From: a bacterium
GTDB lineage: Bacteria; Patescibacteriota; Minisyncoccia; Phycocordibacterales; Phycocordibacteraceae
Assembly (NCBI GenBank): GCA_021778295.1
Contig: JAJYCP010000001.1
Span: 66,513 to 130,512 of the forward strand
Direction: 5' to 3'
DNA: 64,000 nt
In this document: piece after piece, positions 7,661-16,502 of the stretch
How positions within the stretch are numbered: position 1 is the first letter of the stretch
Layout: the number at the start of each line of letters is the position of its first letter
Notes under the pieces: model-generated
The model's database searches: none
The model's input: only the letters and a program-made list of their open reading frames with translations
What the model was told of the DNA's origin: nothing
Made by a program: the position numbers and the translations under genes

Positions 7661-9112
7661 TCAGCCCTTGTTTGTATCGTGTGGCGGCGGTCGTTCTCTC
7701 CAGATGAAGGGTCCGAGATTCAAAAGTTCCGGCAGACGGTTCAGATAGGGGATATAGGGGAAGAGGATAAATGTGAGCATGATGAACCCGAGGATGAACG
7801 CGGCATCCCGATCGCCGTATAAGTTGTTCGGCAGATTGAAAACGCTGTTGACCACGGCAAGCGGCAGGAGCCACCACGAGCCGGGCGGAAGCTTCCATAC
7901 GCTTCCGGTCTCATCTTTAGTCATACCCCATTGGGCGGTATCCATGTTGAGTGTTGCGGCTTTCGCTTCCGGAATGCCCATATCCACCAAAAAGCGCAGA
8001 GTATACGTGTTGTTGATGCTCGGATTTTCTTGATCGAGAAGCGACTCATATAGCCCGCTTTGCGCTATCGGCATGAGCGTATCGAGCATCGCAATGACGG
8101 GGTTCGTCGTGCTTGCAGAGAAATCCATACTCGTGGCACTAACGTACTGTTGTGCCCCCTGGATATCGGCGTTTTGAAGAGCGGTTGACGCGCTGATAAA
8201 CGCGGTCCACGCGTTTGGTTTTTTGCTGTTTGCCAGGTACTGCTCGTAGGGCGTCACGACATAAACTTCTCTGGTATCGAATGTGTAGGGATCGATGGAG
8301 TCGAAATAGGTTGCGGTGTCTGATGTGTGGGTAAATTCTTGCAGAAGCGTCGTCGCGACAAGACTCGGGTCTTGCCGAGCGATATCCGCAATGCGCACTG
8401 CCGGCACGTACGGCGAATGGAAGAAGAACGCGAGTGCGAGAATGAGCGCAACGAGCGCCCCGCCGCGGATAAAGAGGATGCGATGATCCGCGGGAACCAT
8501 GGTGTAAGAAATGTCTTTGCGGTAGGGGCGCGCGATGCCGTAGGTGCGCTCAAGCACGTAGTGGGCGAGGAAGAGTGCGAGTATCGTGAGCGGAATAATA
8601 GCAATATGGATCACGAGCGTTTGCGTGTAGTTGAGCGGGTTAAGCCAGTAGCCGAGATAGGCGCCGTTCCAAAAGTCTGCTCCGGAAACTGCCCGGAATT
8701 GAGAAGAAAAATCACCGCGCAAGCCGTAGCCGAATTCAGTCTGGATAAGCACCAGACAAAAAATAATCGCTCCGAAGACCCACACCATCCTGCGCGGCGC
8801 GCGGAAGCCGCTTGTCGTAAATCCGACGAGAACGTGGAGTAGGAGGATGAATATGAAAGCCTGCACCGTCCACAGATGCACGCTCCGGAGGAAAATGCCC
8901 CATGGATTCGTAAGCCACCACGTCTGACCCATGAATGCCATCGTGATGCCGGTAACGGCGAGTAGTACCAGGCACGTAAGCGCCAGGAAGCCGAGCGAAT
9001 AGAATATCTTGTTGCCGTAGGAGGGCAGCCGGTGGAAATACACCTTGTCCCGAAGCGTTTTGAGAGCGTTGGTATGCGGACCGTATTGCGGAGACTCTGG
9101 TCCCTCGTCCAT
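7661..9112 (-). CDS. Cytochrome b/b6-like (N-terminal di-haem domain) membrane protein with a ~230-aa C-terminal extension and a terminal TM.
   Basis: Aligns with cyt b6 by eye. IFYSLGFLALTCLVLLAVTG matches IFYCLGGITLTCF. LRSVHLWTVQAFIFILLLH carries a His pair 14 residues apart, as in helix B. PRRMVWVFGAIIF... matches PRELTWVTGV. LVIHIAIIPLTILALFLAH carries the helix-D His pair. Start at ATG 9112 (the track ORF starts at GTG 9166). Confidence 0.7.
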   Translation of the reverse strand: MDEGPESPQYGPHTNALKTLRDKVYFHRLPSYGNKIFYSLGFLALTCLVLLAVTGITMAFMGQTWWLTNPWGIFLRSVHLWTVQAFIFILLLHVLVGFTTSGFRAPRRMVWVFGAIIFCLVLIQTEFGYGLRGDFSSQFRAVSGADFWNGAYLGYWLNPLNYTQTLVIHIAIIPLTILALFLAHYVLERTYGIARPYRKDISYTMVPADHRILFIRGGALVALILALAFFFHSPYVPAVRIADIARQDPSLVATTLLQEFTHTSDTATYFDSIDPYTFDTREVYVVTPYEQYLANSKKPNAWTAFISASTALQNADIQGAQQYVSATSMDFSASTTNPVIAMLDTLMPIAQSGLYESLLDQENPSINNTYTLRFLVDMGIPEAKAATLNMDTAQWGMTKDETGSVWKLPPGSWWLLPLAVVNSVFNLPNNLYGDRDAAFILGFIMLTFILFPYIPYLNRLPELLNLGPFIWRERPPPHDTNKG

Positions 9113-9200
9113 GGCTCTACCATAGCACGTGCACCAAGAGCAGGAATGATCCGTGATACACTTCACAGCTATAGCAGCTACCTAAAACGATTAGTCACCC

Positions 9201-9926
9201 ATGGTTCACTCGCATATCTACATCAAAAAACTGGATGAGCAGGACGGGTATACCGTCTGGCTCGTAAATGGCGCACTGGTTCGCAAAGAACTCGATGAGA
9301 ACTTCGTCGAATATGACTACCACGGTCACTTTCGTTTTATTCCGGAAAAAGAATTTTGGATCGATGATGAAATGTCCGGAAAAGAATACCACCTGTACAT
9401 CAAACGCCTCCTCAAGGAAGTCTCTTTTCTAAAAGAGGGAATTACTGTCGCGGAAGCCGCTCATAAGGCCGACGCTTTTGAGGAAACGCTCCGACAGAAC
9501 GGGAAACGCATGCAAAAGATTCTCACTTCTCAAAACCAAGAGATGCTCCGCCGCTCTCTCAAGAAAGAGAAGCTTAAGGAATACAGCAGCGCGGTAAGCG
9601 TGTGGCTCGTCGACGGGCCTCTCGTCAGGAGCGTATACATGCTCGGGTACGCCGAAGGGGGACACGACGTAGTGTATGCATGGATTCCAAAAAATGAGAT
9701 TTGGCTCGAAGAATCTCTCAAGACGGAGGAGCGTGCCTTTATCGTGCTGCATGAATTGCATGAGCGGTACCTCATGCTCTCGCAAAAAATGTCCTATGCG
9801 AACGCGCACCACGGAGCGACTATCATCGAAGATCATTACCGGGAGAACAGGAAAGGGCTCGAGGAACGCATCCGTGAAGAAATAAAAAAGAACGATTCGG
9901 TCTCGGGTGATGCGTTGGACAAGTAA
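9201..9926 (+). CDS. Hypothetical protein with an internal domain duplication.
   Basis: Two repeats of about 80 aa share VWLV(N/D)G(A/P)LVR...GH...IP..E.W. No assignable family. Confidence 0.5.
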   Translation: MVHSHIYIKKLDEQDGYTVWLVNGALVRKELDENFVEYDYHGHFRFIPEKEFWIDDEMSGKEYHLYIKRLLKEVSFLKEGITVAEAAHKADAFEETLRQNGKRMQKILTSQNQEMLRRSLKKEKLKEYSSAVSVWLVDGPLVRSVYMLGYAEGGHDVVYAWIPKNEIWLEESLKTEERAFIVLHELHERYLMLSQKMSYANAHHGATIIEDHYRENRKGLEERIREEIKKNDSVSGDALDK

Positions 9927-9983
9927 CACGATATAAAACAATAACGGGAGCATAAAGCTCCCGTTAGAAATGTACTCTCTTTG

Positions 9984-10205
9984 TTATTTGAACTTGAAAC
10001 TTAACTGCCGCTGCAGGTGTCGCGTTCCGCGGGATTTCCTGCCGCTCCGGAGCCCGCATTCTCGCAGCACGCTTGCGCGATGCGCGAGATACTCGCTCGT
10101 CCCAAGACTGTATTGCTTTAATACGTCATCAACGGCTTTCTGCATCGTCCCGCCGTTCTTACGGCGTCGCCTCGCAGCTTCTGTCGCAAGTGCTTTGATG
10201 TCCAT
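9984..10205 (-). CDS. Small hypothetical protein (73 aa).
   Basis: Strong SD GAGGAGG sits 5 nt upstream of ATG 10205. Co-oriented downstream of the membrane protein gene. Confidence 0.4.
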   Translation of the reverse strand: MDIKALATEAARRRRKNGGTMQKAVDDVLKQYSLGTSEYLAHRASVLRECGLRSGRKSRGTRHLQRQLSFKFK

Positions 10206-10280
10206 ACGAACCTCCTCACCAGTGGGTGCGTCGGATTATACCGCAGTAACCTGCGTTTGCCACGCGTCCTACACGAGCGT

Positions 10281-10805
10281 TTAGCAGGTGACGCAGAGTC
10301 CGGCAGCGCGGCGCGCTGAAAAGTACAAGCCGATCGCCACGATAACGAGCATGACGGCGATAATTCCGGACTGATTCGCGGCGACAAAAAGCGCGCCCCC
10401 GCCAAGGCCGAGTACGCCGAGCAGGATGCCGATACCGCATCCGCAGGAAGCGGCTGCGAGCACACCGCCGGTGAGCGAGGCGATGAGGCCGATGCCGCTT
10501 TCTCCGGCGGCACGGAGGCCTTGCGTCCGGGAGCGTCGAAATGCAAAAAGCTCAAATGACAGCAGCACGCCGGTCATAAGCGCAAGAGTGACAAGCAAAG
10601 CGTAGTTGAGCACAGTCATTCGGGAAAGTTCGAATGCGAGCGTGTTGCCGGGGACAAGCCACACAGGCACGAGAAGATACACGCCGAAAAACACGAGTGC
10701 GCCGCCCGCTGAGATAATCCCGTATGACGGGTTCCGAAACACGCTCACACTGGTGCGGAGCACCGTACGCATTTCAAGTCCGTATCTTTTGCATTTTTCT
10801 AACAT
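10281..10805 (-). CDS. Polytopic membrane protein with conserved Cys pairs (SCGCG...C-terminal CVTC).
   Basis: 4-5 TM helices. TATATAAT -10 element and GAAGGG RBS upstream. Family not assignable. Confidence 0.5.
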   Translation of the reverse strand: MLEKCKRYGLEMRTVLRTSVSVFRNPSYGIISAGGALVFFGVYLLVPVWLVPGNTLAFELSRMTVLNYALLVTLALMTGVLLSFELFAFRRSRTQGLRAAGESGIGLIASLTGGVLAAASCGCGIGILLGVLGLGGGALFVAANQSGIIAVMLVIVAIGLYFSARRAAGLCVTC

Positions 10806-10833
10806 GAAACTACGTGCCCTTCATTATATATGC

Positions 10834-11442
10834 TCACCATATAAACAAGATAAGATTCCAAGTTTTTTTAGTATATTCCGTATACGCGCTTCCAAAGCGC
10901 TTTTTCAAAGCGATTTCCTCGACGTGTATACGCCAACGATACCCGATACATACGGTCGAGAGTATGAAAAGCAGACCCATCCAATTTCCGAGCGCGAGGC
11001 CCACGCCGAGAACGGAGATCATCGATCCGGTGTAGGACGGGTGGCGAAGATACCGGTACGGTCCGGACGTGATGAGTTTGTGGTCGTCTTGGATGAGGAC
11101 AACGGTTCGAAAGTATTTCCCCAGCGTTTGAATCGACCAGAGGCGGAACAGAATACCCACCCAGATTAAGATGATTCCGGAAGTGAAAAGTAAAGAATTC
11201 AAACCACCATTATCGATACGGAATGCCGGTACCAAGAAGGCAAAAGCAAAAGCGAGGAAAATTCCTGTATACAGCATGGCCCAAAAAAATAATGCGCTAT
11301 AACCGTCCGTATTGTCGGTGGTCGTTTTTGCGCGCACGTCGCGCATGCTTACCCAGGTTTCAAAGACAAAGAACCATGAATAAAAACTAACCCAAAAAAG
11401 AATTGCCCAAATGGGATTATTCGTAATTGAGACTGCATTCAT
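10834..11442 (-). CDS. Isoprenylcysteine carboxyl methyltransferase (ICMT)/phospholipid methyltransferase-family membrane protein.
   Basis: Conserved motif YRYLRHPSYTGSMI and C-terminal EE..L...FG..Y..Y. Confidence 0.75.
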   Translation of the reverse strand: MNAVSITNNPIWAILFWVSFYSWFFVFETWVSMRDVRAKTTTDNTDGYSALFFWAMLYTGIFLAFAFAFLVPAFRIDNGGLNSLLFTSGIILIWVGILFRLWSIQTLGKYFRTVVLIQDDHKLITSGPYRYLRHPSYTGSMISVLGVGLALGNWMGLLFILSTVCIGYRWRIHVEEIALKKRFGSAYTEYTKKTWNLILFIW

Positions 11443-11458
11443 GGTGTGTCAACGGACG

Positions 11459-12130
11459 TCAGGAAAGGATCGGGACGACATACATCTTCCTGAAAAGGAT
11501 GGAATAGATACTGATGTCCGTGACCACGATACACCAGATGATGAGGGTAAGCTGAGCATATCCGAAAAATACTCCGAGAAAGGCGAATAAAGCGAGCAAT
11601 GCTTCCACAGTATTTATTTTTATCTTTCGGAAGACGGTCGCCGGGTTTTGCATGGACGGGAGCTTCAGCGTATAGGTAAGCATCTCAAACAGAAGGAATG
11701 CCAGTATAAGGATGCTGAAATACTCGGGATGGGAAAAAGAGAACACAAGAGAGAGGTGAAGGAAAAGTAAAAGCCCATGGAGCATTCTTTGGATAATGGT
11801 ATGAGCAGGTATGACTTTTGAAACGAAAGAATGAGAAGCGTACTCTTTCCACGTCAGTGTTCCATAGATGATGACCAAGGGCCATACGAGCATCAAGTGC
11901 TGTACAGCAATAACCACGCCGATAACACCGAATACAACGAACAACGCGATTTTTGCCGCCGCCCTTTTTTGGAAACTCATAAAAACGTATTTCGCCAGTG
12001 TATCATAGAGTTTGATTATGCTCGCATACCCAAGATGAAATCGAGATGAAGCAGGCGTGAAGTAAAAATGGTGGTTGTCCCCATTACGGTCACGTATAGA
12101 AAAAGCCGCCTCCCGAGGGAGGACGGCCAA
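11459..12130 (-). CDS. Hypothetical membrane protein.
   Basis: Multiple TM helices. Track ORF starts at TTG 12130; an ATG at 11980 is an alternative start. Confidence 0.45.
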   Translation of the reverse strand: MAVLPREAAFSIRDRNGDNHHFYFTPASSRFHLGYASIIKLYDTLAKYVFMSFQKRAAAKIALFVVFGVIGVVIAVQHLMLVWPLVIIYGTLTWKEYASHSFVSKVIPAHTIIQRMLHGLLLFLHLSLVFSFSHPEYFSILILAFLLFEMLTYTLKLPSMQNPATVFRKIKINTVEALLALFAFLGVFFGYAQLTLIIWCIVVTDISIYSILFRKMYVVPILS

Positions 12131-12133
12131 AGA

Positions 12134-12787
12134 TCATGATTCGCTCGTCTCTTTCCGTAGCACCGTGCGCTGCTCCTCGGTGAGTCGTGGCGGGCTTCCC
12201 GTTTCCTGGTAGGTATGCCAGGTCTGCTCCCACGCGTCGCGAAAGATCTCGAACAGGACACTGTCGACGAACGTACCATTGTAGAAATGGTGAGCCGCCC
12301 GACGACCGACTTGCCGGTAGCCGCAGGCAAGCAAGTGGCCCCAACTATTGTCGTTGAAGACCTTGACCTCCGAACAGACTTTCCGGAGGCCCCGGTTGCG
12401 AAACGCTTCATAGAGGAGTAGCAGTTTCGCTTCGGTCCCGTAGCCTTTTCCGAAACACGACTTGTCGGCGATGATGGTACCGCTCGTCGCGTGGCCGTCG
12501 GGATAGGTGATGCTGTGCAGACCAGTGTGCCCGATGTAGCGGTAGCCGGTCATCGTACCCATCTCGTCGCGCTCGTGAAGCAGAATAGCGAAGGTGACGT
12601 TGCCAGTCCTGCTCGCCATACCGTCGTACCACGCGAACTCCGCTTCGAGCGTAACGGGCGGGCGCAAGGTGACGCCGCGCATCACGTCTGGGTCGTTGGC
12701 CCCCTGCATGAAGAGGGGGATGTAATCACGGCGCATCGCGCCGAGTGAGACGTTATAGCCTTGATGAATGGGCGAATGGTCGCTCAT
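12134..12787 (-). CDS. GNAT-family N-acetyltransferase (RimJ/RimL-like).
   Basis: 217 aa. Acetyl-CoA-binding region ...DKSCFGKGYGTEAKLLLLYEAF.... Confidence 0.75.
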   Translation of the reverse strand: MSDHSPIHQGYNVSLGAMRRDYIPLFMQGANDPDVMRGVTLRPPVTLEAEFAWYDGMASRTGNVTFAILLHERDEMGTMTGYRYIGHTGLHSITYPDGHATSGTIIADKSCFGKGYGTEAKLLLLYEAFRNRGLRKVCSEVKVFNDNSWGHLLACGYRQVGRRAAHHFYNGTFVDSVLFEIFRDAWEQTWHTYQETGSPPRLTEEQRTVLRKETSES

Positions 12788-13030
12788 GATAATTTCCTTT
12801 CAATGAACATGCTCTGCTCCAGAAAACGAGAAACCTCGGCTTCCGCAGAGCCGAGGTCTTTCTTGAGGGTTTGGGAGGGGAAGAAAAATCGCGGCTATGC
12901 GCAAGCGGTAACGTCGAGATCGAAGATCTCATTCGTCATCGGTGCGACATAACCACAATTTCGATTCATACCGCTATAGTAGCGCGTTAGCGCTGTTTGT
13001 CAAGTTCATGTACTGGACTCGTACAGAACC

Positions 13031-13125
13031 TTGACAACACAATATTTTTTATTAAACTAATTACAGACTGTTCTTTGCTGCGGATTAACTGCACGCAGAG
13101 GTAACGGTTATTTTGTGATAAGGAG
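13031..13125 (+). promoter_or_regulatory. Promoter plus conserved 5' leader, module copy A.
   Basis: TTGACA(13031)-N16-TAAACT-N6-AGACTGTTCTTTG...GGTAACGGTT...AAGGAGATG. Near-identical in architecture to 19781..19876. Confidence 0.5.
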
Positions 13126-13518
13126 ATGAGACAAATGAACGACATCATGTCCTCATGTATGCAACCCGATATCATCCAATCGGATCCACTCCCTGATTTG
13201 AAGAACGTTCCTCTGTTTGGGGCAGAAGACCAGACGTGCTTAGAGGAGATTGCAACGGTGCTGAAAAAGCACGGACGGCTAGACCGATTTGGCGTCACGT
13301 TGCTGCATCAGCACTTTCCAGTCGGCGACAACGAAATACTGCTGGAAAAGAACGATCCAGCCTCGCGTACCCTCGAAATGCGTCCATGTAATCGGGCAGA
13401 GCTCGAAGGTATGGACGCCAGGATCACCAGCTGGCGGTTGGATTCGGGGAAACCGCAGATGGCCTGCGTCTGCATCAATTTCGGTGGAGGCGAGCATCAA
13501 CATCTTTCTCGTGGATAA
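13126..13518 (+). CDS. Hypothetical protein (130 aa).
   Basis: Good SD AAGGAG. Lies in a low-GC island. No recognisable domain. Confidence 0.5.
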   Translation: MRQMNDIMSSCMQPDIIQSDPLPDLKNVPLFGAEDQTCLEEIATVLKKHGRLDRFGVTLLHQHFPVGDNEILLEKNDPASRTLEMRPCNRAELEGMDARITSWRLDSGKPQMACVCINFGGGEHQHLSRG

Positions 13519-13562
13519 CTCTCCAGCTATACCTACGACCGGAGCCTTGCTCCGGTCGTTTT

Positions 13563-14051
13563 CTATAATTTAATAGTGTAGAGGTACGTAGGTGTTGGTG
13601 AATCAGGTACGGATACTTTTTTTTCAAAAACACCTCGGTTATGCTCGATGATTTTCCGCGAAGCAACATTCGTTTCATCGGAGGCAATGATAAGTTTGTC
13701 CATACCGAGATCTCGAGCCTTCTCAATGCCCAGTGCAAGTATTTTGGTCCCGTATCCTTTGCTTTGTTCAGAGGGGCGTATTTCGTAATACACATGACTT
13801 GCAATATCGGAAAACCTCCCGCTCGGGTTTTTTCTGATTTGAATTCGACCAAGATACTTTTCATTTTCTTGAAGCCAATATTCCGTGCGAGCAACTTCGC
13901 CAAGGCGTAGGTTTATTCCAAACGATGCATCTTTACTGTGTGTTATGTATTCTGAAATCTCATCATTACCTAAATAGATAGCTTGCTCTTCGAGAGCTTT
14001 TTGAAACGAAGCTGCCAACGTTTGAGAGGGTTCCACGAGGAATGCGGCCAT
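13563..14051 (-). CDS. GNAT-family acetyltransferase.
   Basis: Q/R-x-x-G-x-G/A-like motif SKGYGTKILALGIEKARDLG. ATG at 14051. Low-GC island. Confidence 0.7.
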   Translation of the reverse strand: MAAFLVEPSQTLAASFQKALEEQAIYLGNDEISEYITHSKDASFGINLRLGEVARTEYWLQENEKYLGRIQIRKNPSGRFSDIASHVYYEIRPSEQSKGYGTKILALGIEKARDLGMDKLIIASDETNVASRKIIEHNRGVFEKKVSVPDSPTPTYLYTIKL

Positions 14052-14279
14052 CAATACATATCATACTTGAGATCTCAATTACGTGGAACTGGGAGGGGAT
14101 TTCTCCAAATCAACAACCTTGTTCTGACACAAAAGAAATCCAATCTTCAGATGTATTATATTATCAACAGTAAATTCTCAATAATGTAATGCCATACTCT
14201 ATGCATGCCATGAGTCGTTCGAGAAAAATGGCGGCTGACCCCATTTCTCCCGCTAGGTTTTGCGTGCTATAGTCTTTGC

Positions 14280-15365
14280 ATGACGGCGGAAACTCGCCCG
14301 GTCATCCTCACAGGCGACAGCGAAGTCGCCAAGCTTCGGGCGTCGCATTCGGAACTCACTGAAGTCGACGCATTCTCCCGCCAGATCAAAGAGCTTTTCT
14401 TTATCGATAATCATGCGTTCATTGGTACGCCGAAAGAAGAGGCCTATGCGACCGAGGATTTCAAGAAGTATGCGTCTTCGAAAGAGGGCGCATTTGTCTA
14501 TGTATATTTCCCCTGGAACAATACGCTCGTAAAGACTGTAGATGCCGGGGATTACTACCAGCTCAAGACGAACCGCAATCAGGACCTTATCACTGCCGAA
14601 GAACAGAAGAAACTGCGCGACTACAAAGTGGCCGTGCTTGGCATGAGCGTCGGGTCAAACGTGGCCTTTGTATTGACGCAGGCGGGTATCAGCAACGACA
14701 TCATTCTCGCCGACTTCGACGAGCTCGATACCACAAATCTTAATCGCATCCTTGCGGGCGTTCATGAAGTTGGCTTGAACAAGACCGTCATTGCGGCGCA
14801 CCGCATTTATGAAGATAATCCGTTTGCGAACGTTACCTTGCTCCAGGGAGGCGTGAATGAAACCAATCTCGAAGAGCTCATCAAAGCCGGCAAGATAGAC
14901 TGTATTCTCGAAGAGATCGACGACATGCCGTTCAAGATTCACGCGCGCCTGCTCGCGATGAAATACAAGATTCCTGTTGTGATGGTGACCGACAATGGCG
15001 ACGGCGTCGTACTCCACGTCGAGCGGTATGATCTCGGCCATGACAAAATCTGGGGCAAGCCGCACGAATACTACGAGGAAAAGCTCGCCGACGGCCCAAT
15101 GACGAAAGAGAAGGCGGGCGACGTCATCATCCACGACATCGTCGGCGGCGTGCATCGGGTCGATCCGAAAATGATTGCAAGCGTGAAGCGCGTGCTTGCT
15201 AAAGAACTGGTGTCGTGGAGCCAGCTCGGTTCGGCAGCCATTCTTGGCGCAGTCGTCGCGACCTACGCGATTAAAGAAATCGCGCTCGGGAAGGGTACCG
15301 AGAAAGACATTCGCGCCTGGATCTCTCCGGAAAGCGTCGAAAAAGGTACGCATTCCCACTCATAA
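14280..15365 (+). CDS. E1-like ThiF/MoeB-family adenylyltransferase with a ~115-aa N-terminal extension.
   Basis: Rossmann motif KVAVLGMSVGSNVAFVLTQAGI...ILADFDELDTTNLNRIL has the ThiF/TcdA-like architecture. No CxxC zinc motif. TATAGT sits 6 nt before ATG. Confidence 0.7.
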   Translation: MTAETRPVILTGDSEVAKLRASHSELTEVDAFSRQIKELFFIDNHAFIGTPKEEAYATEDFKKYASSKEGAFVYVYFPWNNTLVKTVDAGDYYQLKTNRNQDLITAEEQKKLRDYKVAVLGMSVGSNVAFVLTQAGISNDIILADFDELDTTNLNRILAGVHEVGLNKTVIAAHRIYEDNPFANVTLLQGGVNETNLEELIKAGKIDCILEEIDDMPFKIHARLLAMKYKIPVVMVTDNGDGVVLHVERYDLGHDKIWGKPHEYYEEKLADGPMTKEKAGDVIIHDIVGGVHRVDPKMIASVKRVLAKELVSWSQLGSAAILGAVVATYAIKEIALGKGTEKDIRAWISPESVEKGTHSHS

Positions 15366-15371
15366 AAATCT

Positions 15372-16478
15372 ATGCTTGGCTTTTCAGATACCGGAGACAT
15401 CACAAGCATCGAAGCTTTGAAAGAGTTCGATAACCACCCGCTCGTCTCCTTTGCACACGACAAAGAATCCGGCTTGTCTGCAGTCATCGCTATCCATCGT
15501 GCCAACCCGGACGTCCCGTCTTTCGGCGCGACGCGTTTTTGGCACTACGCTTCCTCGCTTGAGGGCGTCAAAGATGCGCTTCGCCTCTCCCGACTCATGT
15601 CCTACAAAGCGGCGCTCGCAGGTCTTAATTGCGGTGGCGCAAAGGGCGTGATCATTGCGCAGAGCGATCCTCAAAAAATGGAGAACACCGTCCGTGACTC
15701 CATTTTGGGGGCGTATACAGCGCGTGTGAATCTCCTTGGCGGCCGTTTCGTGACAGGCAGCGATGTGGGCATCCGGCAGGTAGATCTTGATGCCATGCGT
15801 AAAGTTTCGCGGCATGTCATCGGCTTTAATGACAACTCAACGGAGTTTACGGCACTTGGCGTTTTCGAAGCGCTCAAAGCGGCCCTTATGGAAGTGTTTG
15901 GCTCAAGTGAACTCAAAGGCCGCGCCTTTGCGATTCAGGGCCTTGGAAAGATCGGTGAAGGGTTCCTCTCGTATATTTATGAGCCGGTTGGAACGGCGGG
16001 AAAGATTTTTGTATCAGACATTGACGCAAATCGCGTGGAAGAGATCAAACGCAAATATCCGCGTGTCATGGCGGTTGCGCCATCAGAAATTGATCGCCAG
16101 GAAGTAGACGTGTTTGCCCCCTGCGCGCTTTCAGGCGCTGTGAATAAACGCAACGCATCCCGCCTTGCGTGCAAAATTGTTGTGGGGGGCGCAAACAACC
16201 AGCTTGAAACAGAATCGGCAGGCGATGCATTGTTTGAGCGCGGCATTCTCTATGCGCCAGACTACGTGGTAAACGCAGGGGGGCTCATTGCGGTATTCGA
16301 TGAATACAAAAATCCGGCGTATGACCGTACTCGCGTCGAGCGTGCGGTACTTCACATTCCCGAGACTTTGCGAAAGATTTTTGCTGAAAGCCGCGCGGAG
16401 AAAATAGCGCCGAGCCGCATCGCAAACCGCATGGCAGAAAAGATTTTCAATGGATATGGAAATATCACATCGCGCTAA
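15372..16478 (+). CDS. Glu/Leu/Phe/Val-family amino-acid dehydrogenase (Leu/Phe/Val dehydrogenase-like).
   Basis: Catalytic Lys in GGAKGVI. NAD Rossmann motif GLGKIG. C-terminal VVNAGGLI. 368 aa. Confidence 0.8.
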   Translation: MLGFSDTGDITSIEALKEFDNHPLVSFAHDKESGLSAVIAIHRANPDVPSFGATRFWHYASSLEGVKDALRLSRLMSYKAALAGLNCGGAKGVIIAQSDPQKMENTVRDSILGAYTARVNLLGGRFVTGSDVGIRQVDLDAMRKVSRHVIGFNDNSTEFTALGVFEALKAALMEVFGSSELKGRAFAIQGLGKIGEGFLSYIYEPVGTAGKIFVSDIDANRVEEIKRKYPRVMAVAPSEIDRQEVDVFAPCALSGAVNKRNASRLACKIVVGGANNQLETESAGDALFERGILYAPDYVVNAGGLIAVFDEYKNPAYDRTRVERAVLHIPETLRKIFAESRAEKIAPSRIANRMAEKIFNGYGNITSR

Positions 16479-16502
16479 ATATTCTTTTACCCCTCCTAAA
16501 AC

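Noticed and set aside
9970-10284. A 104-aa plus-strand ORF (Cys/Arg-rich) opposite the 73-aa minus-strand ORF.
   Set aside because: The minus-strand ORF has a strong GAGGAGG RBS and fits the local operon direction. The plus-strand ORF has neither.
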